DNA of 64,000 bases from Candidatus Cloacimonadales bacterium (GCA_963667035.1 OY762964.1:2464001-2528000); one strand, 5' to 3'; numbered from the stretch's first letter, positions 27,801 through 37,846 are shown. Numbers and translations are program-made. Notes: a model not told the origin generated them from the letters alone.

Positions 27801-30336
27801 TATCTGTTCCAAGACTTACATAATAACCATTAACTCCTATAGCTGCATTCCAGAGAAGAGAGTCCGTCAAAGCGACTCCAGTTTCTCCATCGGTAGGAGA
27901 TACTAAGGTGGTAGCATTAGGTACTACGCTATTATCCCAGAAAGTGATGTCATCAATACAGATATCACTATAATAGTCTTCTCCGGTTAAACCTCTAAAC
28001 CTGATCTGAACTACGTCTGTATAATCTGATAATGGAACATCCATAGAGTGCCAATCTTGTCCCTGATCTCCAGACACTTCAGTAACTACATCTTCATTCC
28101 ACTGAGTACCATCCCAAATATCAATATGCAGGGAACCCATTGTTGAGCCATACATATTATACCAGAAAGAGCAAAATGGCTCAGATAGGGATGTAACATC
28201 TACAGGAGGAGATAGCAAATCAAAGCGTTGGTTTGTGTTAAGTGAAGCTTCGGTAAAGATAAAGTTACCAGTTCCCGATGTATGATCACCACTCTGAGCA
28301 CCTGTATCGCTTGAAGGAGTAGATGTTCCGATAGTCCAATCAGAATCATCTTCTGTTCCTTGTTCCCAACCAATAGGTAAAGTTGATTCAGCATCAAAAT
28401 CCATTATGTAAGGAAAGGAGCTAACTGTTGCATTGAAGCCTTGCCCTGTAAGATTGATAACATAAGCTTGTCTTGCAATATCATCTGTAATAGTTACAGT
28501 TGCAGGTAGCGCACCTTCGTTAATGGGATTAAAAGCAACAGAGAAATTAGCACTTTCTGCTGTGTTAAGAGTTAATGGATAGTTATTATTATCTGTAAGA
28601 GTATAGTTTACTTGATCATCAAGAACTACAGATTGAATGTTTAAAACTCCACTTCCAGTATTTTGCATTGTAAATGAGAATGGTTCTGAAGCGGTATTCG
28701 TGTATAATATTCCATAATCGTAAGATTCGGGATTATACATCAATTGAGTTGCAGGAATGTCACCAAATTCTAGACGTGTATTTGGTATATTAGCTATAAT
28801 ACCGCTGGCAGTAAGTGGAGCATTAGGATCCGGATTAGTTGAATCGTTGTGATAATAAATACTTCTTGTATCTGCTACTGTTGAACAGAAAAACTCATCA
28901 TTAGTATCACCATATTGTGGTTCATTCTCTTCCACGGCTATAACAAGATTATCTGTATTATTGTATATAAATGGAGTAGTTAAAACAAACTCTATCCAAC
29001 CATCTGCTTGTATAGTTGGCAAAGAACCATTATAAACTTCAACTAACTGATCAATAGGAATCCACGAATCCGTATCAGCAAAACTTGTATTGACAGTATG
29101 CCCCATATAAATAACCCATTCATTACAATTAGCTAAAGTTGCATTCTGATTATAATGATAGGAAATTCTTTCTATTCTTCTACCTTCAACATTAACCTCA
29201 TTTTGCTGATAAATAGTTTGTGTATAAGAATATCCATAGTAAGGTTCTATAGGAAGATGCATATTTATCAATTCTTCATTACCAATTACAATAGTATCTT
29301 CACCTAAAGTTGTTTGGAAAGTGAATGAATCTTCAGTATCTCTAATTGAGAAAGAATTCTTAGAAACAACCTTCCAGAAATAGGTAGTACCTAAATCTAA
29401 AGTTGGTGGTTCATATGTTCCTTGACCAGTAACAGTACCATCTGTAACTACCTGATTTACCGGAGGGTTTACCGTATCAAAGAACAAGTCATATGTTTCA
29501 GTATTAGATGCAAATTCCCAAGTAATTACTTGATTAAGTGGAATATTTAAAGATCCATTTGTTGGATCTGCATTCTCAATATGTCCGGATGACATATCAA
29601 CAGTTGTAAAGTTCATATTACTAGCTATTGCAACAGTAGTAGCAGAATTGTGGCTTACAACTTGCCAATAATAAGTTGTGAGTTCTGTTAGTTCGTCTTG
29701 AAGAGTATAACTTCCGGATGTACCTGCTACGGAACCTGTTACAACCTGATTTACAGGGGGATTTATTGTGTCAATCAGCAAATCATAAGTCTCAGTATTC
29801 GCTCCAAAATCCCATGTTAATGTAGGCATTAAAGCTACTTCAACAGCTCCAATAGTAGGAATAGCATTAGAGATAGTTTCAGGAGCATTCTCATCAAAAA
29901 TAGTTCCTGTCTGATCTGCAGAGATATTTAACGTGAATGTCCTAGCATCTGTACTTGCAGTATATTCATCAATGCAAATGTATATTGTTTGACCTGCACT
30001 TACGTCCATAACAACTTGTGAATCACTAGTTCCAGCCGGACCGTCATCATTATGTGTAATCTCAGTTAAAGCTGAATCATAAATGTAAAGATAACCGTCC
30101 CAGCCATCATACACAGGATGAATATCCAAGTTTGTTAAGTTAATAGTTGGAGTGAGCCTCCACCATTCATCTCTACCTCTTAATGAATTGTCGTTGGTAT
30201 TATCACTTAAATCTCCGGTATCACTATATGGTAATTGGATAACCGAAGGTGCATTGGCACTAGTATCAGTACCATCTGCGAATAAGCAAAAAACCATAAT
30301 AGTTGCAATAAGAACTAATAGTAATTTTTTACTCAC
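24871..30336 (-). CDS. Large modular secreted/surface protein (PPC-like, FN3-like repeats, Ig-like, MAM, cleaved-adhesin-like, FlgD-Ig/T9SS-type C-terminal domain)
   Basis: Probable GTG start at 30336 after AAGGAGG. Signal peptide; four YYW/YFW FN3-like repeats; duplicated HLPIEP(Y/F)YGY.Y.Q.IY domain; MAM (DW..GTSTPS..TG...DHT); DDWMITP; terminal GNYPNPFNPETTISF...YNIKGQ...WDGKD...SGVYFY...KMILMK. Confidence 0.85.
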   Translation of the reverse strand: MSKKLLLVLIATIMVFCLFADGTDTSANAPSVIQLPYSDTGDLSDNTNDNSLRGRDEWWRLTPTINLTNLDIHPVYDGWDGYLYIYDSALTEITHNDDGPAGTSDSQVVMDVSAGQTIYICIDEYTASTDARTFTLNISADQTGTIFDENAPETISNAIPTIGAVEVALMPTLTWDFGANTETYDLLIDTINPPVNQVVTGSVAGTSGSYTLQDELTELTTYYWQVVSHNSATTVAIASNMNFTTVDMSSGHIENADPTNGSLNIPLNQVITWEFASNTETYDLFFDTVNPPVNQVVTDGTVTGQGTYEPPTLDLGTTYFWKVVSKNSFSIRDTEDSFTFQTTLGEDTIVIGNEELINMHLPIEPYYGYSYTQTIYQQNEVNVEGRRIERISYHYNQNATLANCNEWVIYMGHTVNTSFADTDSWIPIDQLVEVYNGSLPTIQADGWIEFVLTTPFIYNNTDNLVIAVEENEPQYGDTNDEFFCSTVADTRSIYYHNDSTNPDPNAPLTASGIIANIPNTRLEFGDIPATQLMYNPESYDYGILYTNTASEPFSFTMQNTGSGVLNIQSVVLDDQVNYTLTDNNNYPLTLNTAESANFSVAFNPINEGALPATVTITDDIARQAYVINLTGQGFNATVSSFPYIMDFDAESTLPIGWEQGTEDDSDWTIGTSTPSSDTGAQSGDHTSGTGNFIFTEASLNTNQRFDLLSPPVDVTSLSEPFCSFWYNMYGSTMGSLHIDIWDGTQWNEDVVTEVSGDQGQDWHSMDVPLSDYTDVVQIRFRGLTGEDYYSDICIDDITFWDNSVVPNATTLVSPTDGETGVALTDSLLWNAAIGVNGYYVSLGTDNPPTDIFNMQDVGSLTVIDYPALSAGVQYYWQVIPYNAIGNAVNCPVWSFTTFNDVPLATTLVAPLDASEFLSITPHFEWDPATNYPDGYKISLGTDNPPTDVLDNVDVGLATSYDVATTLEYETTYYWQITPYNFVGDAVNCPVWSLITRPEGMVIVGDGTEINQHLPIEPFYGYTYSQSIYTAEEMESAGFINSISYNYNGTGVLEESVDWVIYMGTTTNDSYVDGDSWIPIEDLTMVYNATITPPDGAGWIDFPLDNMFFYDGMSNLVIAVEENMSGYGDSDEEFYCTTVTDTKSILYYSDTTNPDPNAPPTGTVSSVIPNTRFFMIPPSDGPYVIISALNVDFGVENVGSTSVAYNIRIANFGNQDAVIDPAIVLGGDNADQFSLSDDNTYPINIPQFGEVDFDIYFAPTSEGHKQAMLTIVDNVTEDREIHEIPLHGYAYTADNNESSDDAIEIALDCVDYVAVIEPEADVDWYVFWQAAPANLEIHTENIEGSTIDLTAFLYGPYNDLGANVDEFTSFAFDDDSWSDSMNPYIDADITESGFYYLRISRFDNVPVSERAVKKNGRTSRWATGDYALFVTTDNHEPPVGFDPPTSLDYNITYQGVELSWTGPSIATRDLVGYNVYRDDVVINSETVPTYFYLDQDVVLNQTYEYKVTALYSGPTGESPACDSIMVTFIGVDPPVIAEDFEGYEDFATEMQYWTLLDVDGEDTFGFTNGINFPGETDPMSFIVFNPSGTVPPLQFADAYSGDRYGACFSADSGSNDDWMITPKIQMSNEVATLSFKARSYTTQFGPEQLKVLVSSGSTNPSDFTVISGDNPLDLPLEWTNFEIDLSDYQEELIRVAFNCVSEQTFFMMIDDIQIMNDGAVLGGENPVVMPDRTSLCGNYPNPFNPETTISFDLKDNALVTIDIYNIKGQRVARVTDGDYNAGRHSIVWDGKDSNGTQVSSGVYFYKMNSGSYTRSKKMILMK

Positions 30337-30504
30337 TAGATCCTCCTTGTTTGTTTTGAGTATATTATATAATACACAATATTCAATTATTTGAATCTCC
30401 TTATGCATTTCAATTAACTACCAAAATTTCCTTACCTCGACATGAATTTCTGAACTGCTTGAATAATGTCAAATGCTTTTTATTTCATCTTGGAATAATT
30501 AATA

Positions 30505-30527
30505 AAGCCCTGATTTTATCAGGGCTT
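30505..30527 (-). terminator. Hairpin terminator after the pseudogene
   Basis: AAGCCCTGAT-TTT-ATCAGGGCTT. Confidence 0.65.
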
Positions 30528-30550
30528 ATATAGTTTTGATAATTAATTAT

Positions 30551-31872
30551 TTATTTTATTATAACTATTTTTCTTGTTTCGGAAATTCCACTAGTACTTA
30601 ACTTGGAAAAATACAATCCACACGAAACTGTCCTCCCGAAATCATCTTTACCATCCCACATTATCTGATGAGTTGAAGCTGTCTGATAATCATCAACTAA
30701 GGTCTTAACTAACTGACCTTTGACATTATACATCTTTAGGCTTACATCTCCAGATTTCTTTAGATCACACTCAAAGGTAGAGTTGGAACTAAATGGATTT
30801 GGATAACTTTGTTTTAGCATACTGCTCACAGCTGGTTGTGCATTTGTTTCATTTGCTTCTGGAGTCGGGATATGAAAATCGATTGCATTCATAAGCACCT
30901 GTCCCTGGGATTCTTGCCCTTCTCCAATTATTGCAGATGCCCAATCACTATCATCATAGAACATTATAAACAATCTATAAATGTCATTACCCTCATTATC
31001 CGTTCCTACATTTATCATCTTATCAGATGGGTAAGCAAACATTGTTGTCATACCATCCCAAGATAGTTGGAATACTTGTGTAACTCCATGTAAGCTCTAA
31101 ACCAAAATCGATATCATCACTTGTATAGTCTGCAAAAGCTATATATACATTTTCTACGGCCTTAGGGTCACCTGTATCTTCGCTAATAGCAGAATGTGAA
31201 ACCATATTCTTTGCCATAATATAAGCACGATTATATCCCTCGCCTAATGGAGATGCTCCAATCTGAACGCTTGGCCAAATAAACTCATTGTCATCATAAC
31301 CATTTGTTGTTGTTGGGTTATCCATAACCATAAATGCATCACTGGGAATTCCGGGTATACCTGCAAAGAAGGGATCATATCAACACTTAACGTCAGATTT
31401 ATCATCTGCTCCAGTTGAATGCCAACTCATGATGAAATGACCTCGTTCATCTAGATCCATAGAAGGATAACCTTCCCATTGATCAACACCCGTGAATAAG
31501 ATTGGATCACTTGTAGGACCATCATCACTCATCCAACCGTAATATACACGTCTGTTACCAGTTGCCGAAGGTTTGTCCATAAAATTATAGAACCATCCAC
31601 CACCTGCTACGTTATCATTTTGCCTTCGAATCTGAATATTGCTGTATCCAGCAATCATAATAGTCATAATAATTACTATTATGAATAACAACTGAATCAA
31701 ATGGCATTTCCCATCTAATTCCGCTTCCATTATCTCTTGAAGCAGAATGAGTTGCTTGGAACATAGGTTTACCGTTTGGTAACGGTTGCATGTTGCTAAC
31801 AGAACTCATTTTATCCGCAATAAGAGTTAGCATGAGAGTAAGTAATAAAACAGTAATCAATATTTTCTTCAT
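30551..31872 (-). pseudogene. Fragmented secreted protein with a FlgD-Ig/T9SS-type C-terminal domain
   Basis: Four ORF pieces form one protein: signal peptide (ATG 31872, RBS AGGAGGA), frameshift near 31660, in-frame TGA at 31380-31382, frameshift or deletion near 31050, final piece with QSYPNPF...YNVKGQ...WDGKD...RKIVIIK. Confidence 0.8.
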
Positions 31873-31955
31873 TTCTCCTCCTGAGCATAGGATTTCTTTT
31901 AGGAATTAAAATAATGATGTGTATTGTTAATTCATGTCAAGCATTAAGTAATATA

Positions 31956-33423
31956 CTGGCATCCCCCCGTTTTTTATCATAAGCATGTCATCTGCTCCCA
32001 TTCTGCATGACAACCTTGATACTTTGGAACAAAGTAATGCTTCCAATCTCTGAATAGATTTTTAACAACAACCGATAGTCTGTAGTAGATAAACTTACAT
32101 AATTCCTTTAGATTACTCTTTTTACTAAGCATAATGTGTTGATACATTTCCGCAAAGTCGTATCGATACTTATCCAAAGAATAAAGATAACTGACTGCCA
32201 ATAATAACATGCAGTTCAGATTTCTTAACCTGTCCAATGTCATAACCTGCATATCTTCCCACGAATACTCCTGCTTCACATGACGGTGTACTTCTTCTAC
32301 TTTCCAGCGGAGACGATACCCTCTTATTGCAGTTGTTATCAACTCCAAATCACTAAGGTCTCGATTTGGAAAATCACAGTTCAAATAGAAAAAACCTTTG
32401 AGGCAATCTTTTCCTGATTCGTCTTTCTTAATATAACGGGCAACGACAAGGTTAGAATAAACAAGTGTTGCCTTTTTCTTGTGATGAGCATCAACTGGCA
32501 CTCCAACTCTGATTACTCCGGCGATAAGAGTTGCATTACCGGATTGGATTCTATACTTCAATTTCACATGTTTAGTAGCTTTCTTAAATGATATTTCCTT
32601 ACCATTTACATAAAGGTTACGATTACCTTTGACGCGAATGATATATGAAGCCTCATTCTCTGTTAAATAGTTGATTACTACCTTATCATCATAACCTCTA
32701 TCCATTACATATATCCCTTTATTTCCTGAATACACCTGAATATCATTGATCCGATCAAACACAGACTGTTTCAGTATGCCCGGATCTTCGTCGTTAGTAT
32801 GCAATTCAGACACAAGAGGACGTATCTCAAGCGAATGACCTTCTTTTGATACTCTGATTATATCTAATACTTCATAACCGTTACACCACTCGCCTGTACT
32901 GCCGTCTCTAACTCTGGTTAATCCTTCCATCTTCTTTGAATGGCTTTTCATTATGTCGCTGGGATCAATGACTATCAGGTCATAAGATGCTATCTTCTTG
33001 CTTTCACAAATCAGATGAATATTTGATAGATTTTTGTACAACTCAGGTTTTGATAAATGACGACGATATCGTTCGCAGAGCTTTTCTAATGAGATATTCA
33101 CTTCATGGCTCATTGCAATCCTTCTGATTATACAACTACCGGATTTCAAAATGCCACTGACAAGCTCTTTTACAAATTTCTTCTCTTTGATAGTACAGCT
33201 ATGTGTGACTTTGTTGATGAATTTTGAAAATTTAGCTTGCAGATTATGCTTTTTTATTATTGATAGTTCCATATAGTGAGTTCCTTTTGTTTTATTTTAA
33301 GCGTAACAACAATAAATAGGGACTCACTCTTTTCAAGCTTTTTCTTGACTATTTTTATACTTAAATTACCACTTTTTCAGTCACTTATTATGACCATTAT
33401 TCTAAATTTCGGGGGGATGCTTG
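31956..33423 (-). mobile_element. Intact IS4-like insertion sequence (1468 bp) with 14-bp terminal inverted repeats and a 12-bp target-site duplication
   Basis: CTGGCATCCCCCCG at 31956 and CGGGGGGATGCTTG at 33410-33423; TTAAGTAATATA flanks both ends (31944-31955, 33424-33435). Confidence 0.92.
31977..33272 (-). CDS. DDE transposase (IS4-like)
   Basis: IVIDPSD, VMDRGYD, and YRLRWKVEEVHRHVK, which fits the Y-2-R-3-E-6-K signature. Confidence 0.9.
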   Translation of the reverse strand: MELSIIKKHNLQAKFSKFINKVTHSCTIKEKKFVKELVSGILKSGSCIIRRIAMSHEVNISLEKLCERYRRHLSKPELYKNLSNIHLICESKKIASYDLIVIDPSDIMKSHSKKMEGLTRVRDGSTGEWCNGYEVLDIIRVSKEGHSLEIRPLVSELHTNDEDPGILKQSVFDRINDIQVYSGNKGIYVMDRGYDDKVVINYLTENEASYIIRVKGNRNLYVNGKEISFKKATKHVKLKYRIQSGNATLIAGVIRVGVPVDAHHKKKATLVYSNLVVARYIKKDESGKDCLKGFFYLNCDFPNRDLSDLELITTAIRGYRLRWKVEEVHRHVKQEYSWEDMQVMTLDRLRNLNCMLLLAVSYLYSLDKYRYDFAEMYQHIMLSKKSNLKELCKFIYYRLSVVVKNLFRDWKHYFVPKYQGCHAEWEQMTCL

Positions 33424-33919
33424 TTAAGTAATATATATGGTTTTCATCCAAGCTACGCCTAACAAGCACAATCAATTAATTCTTATAGAGTTATATATGT
33501 AACTTTATTCAAATCACTAATGCTAATGTAGACTTAATAAACAGCAATTGACCAATCATAAGAATACTATTAATGCAAAGTACTTTTAGTATTTTATTAT
33601 AAATCATTTTTAGACTGATGTAGTCGTGTGAAAACAGGGATACTTAACCATGGATAATTATCTGATTGTCAAGTATGTCCCAAAGCATTATCATTGACTA
33701 ACTCACAAGATAATAATCTATTAATCTCTTACACCCCAAAAGCTTGAAACATGATAGTGTATATAACACTACTAATCATAAATTTCTGGGAATTAGCAAT
33801 TCAATGTTTTCAATTTATTCATGAAGTCTACAAACATATCTACATATAAAAATCATTGACAGTTAAACCTAAAGTAGCAGGTATTGTTATAATGCATAAA
33901 TAACACACTGGAGTTAAAA

Positions 33920-34783
33920 ATGAATTCTAATATTAGGGAGATACCATCATTATTCACAATTGATGTAGAAGACTATTATCACTTCTTCGAAAATAGAGGA
34001 GCTCCTCCTGTTGAGGAGTGGGATTCGATTCCCAATAGAGTAGAAAAGAATTTTAGAATTCTTTTGGAAATCCTAAACAAGCATGAAGTAAAAGCGACAT
34101 GTTTTTTTTTAGGATATGTTGGGAAACGGTTTCCAAAACTTGTTAAAGAAGCTTACGAAGCAGGACATGACATTGGAGCACATAGTATGCATCACTCTCT
34201 TATTTTTAATATGACAGAGCAACAGTTCTATGAAGATGTGCTGAGAAATAAAGAAATACTGGAGAATATTATTGGAGATAGAGTTGAAGGATTTAGAAGT
34301 CCAAGCTTTTCATTAACTGATTCTACTCCTTGGTTCTATGAGGTTTTATGTAGAGCTGGGTATACTTTTGATTCATCGTTGTTCCCTGCTTCAAGAGAGA
34401 ATGGTGGATATGCCGGAACTCGTAAAGACCCTCATATTGTTGAGACTAAGTATGGGACAATCTGCGAATTTCCTATAACTGTCGCACCTGTATTTAGTAA
34501 AGACATATGCTTTTTTGGCGGTGGGTATCTAAGACTTTTCCCAAGAAGCATTATAATGCAAATGAGTAAGAAAGTTAATAAGTTAGGATTACCCGTATTA
34601 TATTATTTACATCCAAGGGAAATCGATCCAGACCATCCAAGGCTTAAAATGAAACCTATAGGTTATTTTAAATCATATGTAAATCTTAAGACTGTAAAAC
34701 CTAAGCTTGACACGATTCTGAGTAGTAACAAGTTTATGACACTTAGAGAATATAAAAATATATTGATTGAAAATTGTATTTGA
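33920..34783 (+). CDS. Polysaccharide deacetylase (CE4, DUF3473/PEP-CTERM-system-associated type)
   Basis: TIDVEDY, ATCFFLG, GHDIGAHS..H, GFRSPSFS, DSS.FP, GGGYLR, YLHPREIDP. Confidence 0.9.
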   Translation: MNSNIREIPSLFTIDVEDYYHFFENRGAPPVEEWDSIPNRVEKNFRILLEILNKHEVKATCFFLGYVGKRFPKLVKEAYEAGHDIGAHSMHHSLIFNMTEQQFYEDVLRNKEILENIIGDRVEGFRSPSFSLTDSTPWFYEVLCRAGYTFDSSLFPASRENGGYAGTRKDPHIVETKYGTICEFPITVAPVFSKDICFFGGGYLRLFPRSIIMQMSKKVNKLGLPVLYYLHPREIDPDHPRLKMKPIGYFKSYVNLKTVKPKLDTILSSNKFMTLREYKNILIENCI

Positions 34784-35310
34784 GTGATAAAGAAAGAACT
34801 GTTAGTTTTTTTGATGATTATTCTAAAGAATTCAGTTCTATATACCACACTAAAAATGATTTATATCATAAGCTAATCAATAAGTGGTTCAGGACATTAT
34901 GGGATTGTCTTAGCAAAACAAGTATTTAATCAGTATCGGGAATTGATCTTGCTCCCTAAATGTTAGAGCTGTCTAGAACTCATACTAAATTGCTGGAGTA
35001 GACTCAATCTGCAAATATGAAATAAAAAAACTTCTATGAGTTAGATGAAAACAAATAGTTTAACTACTTAGTGTTTATGGGATTCATGAATTATATTGAA
35101 TATACACGAAAACTAATCTTGCTTTAGATAAGATATTGTTCAGTTTCCCAACTTCTATAGGATTTCTTGCTTAGCTAAGAAAAAAAGATACAAATTTAAA
35201 TGTCCCCCTTGTATTTATACTCTGAGAAGTAATTAAATGATTTATTTTTTGAGTTTAGTGATTGGAATTTTAAGGTTGAAAATATTACTAGAGAGTTCTT
35301 TGTTACAACG
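34780..35310 (+). pseudogene. Decayed class I SAM-dependent methyltransferase
   Basis: Manual translation across frames: (M)SDKERTVSFFDDYSKEFSSIY / SGSGHYGIVLAK / SGIDLAP*MLELSR / FNYLVFMGFMNYIE / FSFPTSIGFLA*LRKKRYKFKCP. Several stops and frameshifts; the end coordinate is approximate. Confidence 0.7.
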
Positions 35311-35321
35311 AGCAAAAATAT

Positions 35322-36260
35322 TTATTTAGCAGTCTTTTTATAGCACCAGTTTAGATTGACCTGACTATTATTGTAGTTCTCATTCCTGATTAGATGTAAG
35401 ACTTTTATTAATACATTTGGCCTAAACTGTTCATTTTCAAGCATACCCAATCCCCCAGCTCGGTGAGTACTAATTATAGCATTATCCAATTTATTAAATG
35501 GATATAACATTCTTCCGAAGTTTTGGGGTAGTTATACCAAACATCAAGTGCAGCTCCAGCTACATATTTATCCCGTAATGCTTCATATAAAGCAGTCTCT
35601 TCAACAGTATCTAGCCTACCAGGATTAATCTTTTCATCAGTTTAAAATATCGTAATTGAAGTAGTTCCTTGTTTTCAACGTGAAAGGTAGCAAGTTCACT
35701 ATTATATTATAATCATCAATTATATCATTTAGTTGATTGAGAGAATAAATGCTTATTGTGTTATCGATGTTTCTTTGCTTTATCTTATATCAAAAAGTTT
35801 AAAATAGCTCTCTAAAATCTTCCCGATTGAGCAGTAACCGCATAATAAAACTGATTTGTTCTTTAAAAGGGGAAAAGGATTACTACCATATCAAAATGAC
35901 CAATCATCATTTCTGAACACAGCTTATCAGCTATTAAGATATGCTTTGATAGAGCAAAGATAAAGCCTATCACCGCTTCAGCTACAGTAGCGGAATCATG
36001 ATGAATGTTTAGAACTTTTACCTGATCATATTTTAATAAGAGCTCTTTTGTTTAGCTAGGAACTCCGTCAAAAGGAATGACTAGGAACTTAAGTTGTTTG
36101 AGATGCTTGATTTAAGTTTCATTGAGGTAACCTAATACCATAATCTGAGTATCTGAAGAAATATTTTTGCTAAGAGTAAATCGGAAACTACTAGCTAATA
36201 CTTTTATAAAACTTTGTCCAAATCCTGATCAGGATTTCTGTAGTAATGGACTTTTATCAT
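35322..36260 (-). pseudogene. Decayed D-isomer-specific 2-hydroxyacid dehydrogenase
   Basis: Manual translation: LKFLVIPFDGV*..VLNIHHDSATVAE / LKNKSVLLCGYCSIGK / INPGRLDTVEETALYEAL...AGAALDVWYNYP / YPFNKLDNAIISTHRAG. Multiple stops and frameshifts; ATG at 36260, just after the flippase. Confidence 0.8.
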
Positions 36261-36271
36261 TTTTTATGAAG

Positions 36272-37840
36272 TTATCGCTTGATTTTACTTAAAGCATATT
36301 CCCTAATCTGTTTTTTCTCCCATCTCTCCATACCTAATATCCATGTAAGGAGTATGTATACCGCAATTATTATCAATGTATATACAAAGATAATCAAAAG
36401 ATTGTCAGGATAAGCAAAATTGTATAATCCTATTGCAATTGCAAGAGTAACAAAACCTATGAATAATGTTCTCATAATTGATATTCTAAAATATTCTTTA
36501 AAGCTTAACTCAGAGAATTTAATTGCAGCTGGGATATTATAAACAAAAGCCAGTATCACATTGGGTATAAAAGTTCCTAAAGCTACTCCAACTATATTAA
36601 AGTTAGGTATTGTATATTTACTCCAAGTCAAAGATGTGGGCAAGATGCGAAGTAACAAAATACTTAATCCAAGATTAGCAAGGCACTCTATAATAGCAAT
36701 CTTGGTTAGTATTTTTTGCTTGTTCAGCATAAGAAGTATGTATACAGAGCTACTTCTAAAAAACAGAAGTACATACATTGATATCAGCAAAATTACAGCT
36801 ACTGTTAATCCCATAGGGTCAGTTAACTCCAACCATAATTTTAGCAGAGGCTTTACAAAGACAAGCAATGGGATCAACAATAATGTGGAGATTATACCCA
36901 TTAAACGATTAGATTGAAGCATAATCTCAGCAAGTTTCCCGGTATGACCTGCAGCGTTTAAAGATGCAGCAACCGGAGATAAATTGTCTAAGAATTGAGC
37001 TGAAAAACGTCTAAAAGTTTCTGCTAGACGCGATGCTATCTGATAAATAGCTACTAGTGCAACTGATGAAAATACGGAAATCACTAGTTGATCAGTTCTA
37101 AATATTATTAGATTCGTAAACGTTATAAGGTAGGCATAAACCGAAAAACCCATGACTTGCTTCAATATTGACCGATCATAATACTTTAAAGATATACGCA
37201 TCTCCCTTAGTTTATAAAATGCAGCTCCTGCCATTGCCAGATTTGTTATCAAACTGACACCAATACTAACAATAGCCATTTTTACTAATGGCATAGACAT
37301 CTTCACCGCTAGGATGATGCCAATAAAATTAATAATCATTGAGAAAACTTGTATAAGATTACGTATATGTAAAGCCTGCATACCTCTTAGTACTTCTGTA
37401 AAAAAGCCAAATGGAAAAGTGATTGCTGTGCCTAACCCAAATACAACTAATACAAAATAATAGTAACTTCTGTTTGCATCGTCAAACTTAAAAATATGTT
37501 GTAAATTCTGTCCTAGTATAAAGGTAACAAGAATAATAATGACACCAAGAAGAGCGTAATTAAAAAAGACTGTACTAACAACTCTGTTAAACTTATCCCA
37601 CTGCTTGTTTACAATAGTCTCGCTAGTATATTTCTGAACAGAAGCTCCAAAACCAAAATCCAAGAGTAAACTATACCCAAAAACTGACCACATTAAAGCC
37701 CAGAAACCATAACTTTCCTTATCTAGTCCTAAAAAAAGAGCTCTTGTCATGAAGATAGTTATTACCATCCCCATAAGCATTTTAATGTAATTTGATATTG
37801 TGTTTATTATTAGTCTTTTGCGTAGTCCGGATTCGTTCAT
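36272..37840 (-). CDS. wzx: Wzx-type oligosaccharide flippase
   Basis: Many TM helices, YGFW, LLDFGFG, RTDQLVIS, GVALGT; lies in the EPS operon. Confidence 0.85.
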   Translation of the reverse strand: MNESGLRKRLIINTISNYIKMLMGMVITIFMTRALFLGLDKESYGFWALMWSVFGYSLLLDFGFGASVQKYTSETIVNKQWDKFNRVVSTVFFNYALLGVIIILVTFILGQNLQHIFKFDDANRSYYYFVLVVFGLGTAITFPFGFFTEVLRGMQALHIRNLIQVFSMIINFIGIILAVKMSMPLVKMAIVSIGVSLITNLAMAGAAFYKLREMRISLKYYDRSILKQVMGFSVYAYLITFTNLIIFRTDQLVISVFSSVALVAIYQIASRLAETFRRFSAQFLDNLSPVAASLNAAGHTGKLAEIMLQSNRLMGIISTLLLIPLLVFVKPLLKLWLELTDPMGLTVAVILLISMYVLLFFRSSSVYILLMLNKQKILTKIAIIECLANLGLSILLLRILPTSLTWSKYTIPNFNIVGVALGTFIPNVILAFVYNIPAAIKFSELSFKEYFRISIMRTLFIGFVTLAIAIGLYNFAYPDNLLIIFVYTLIIIAVYILLTWILGMERWEKKQIREYALSKIKR

Positions 37841-37846
37841 AAATTA

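Noticed and set aside
31380..31382. In-frame TGA after Cys as selenocysteine or recoding
   Set aside because: The same gene has independent frameshifts, no SECIS-like hairpin was recognised, and TGA is used as a normal stop elsewhere in the window.
33436..33919. Short palindromes (AGTTATATATGTAACT, TAGTGTATATAACACTA) and a TTGACA upstream of the deacetylase
   Set aside because: AT-rich palindromes are expected by chance, and the spacing from TTGACA to TATAAT (26 nt) is wrong for a promoter.
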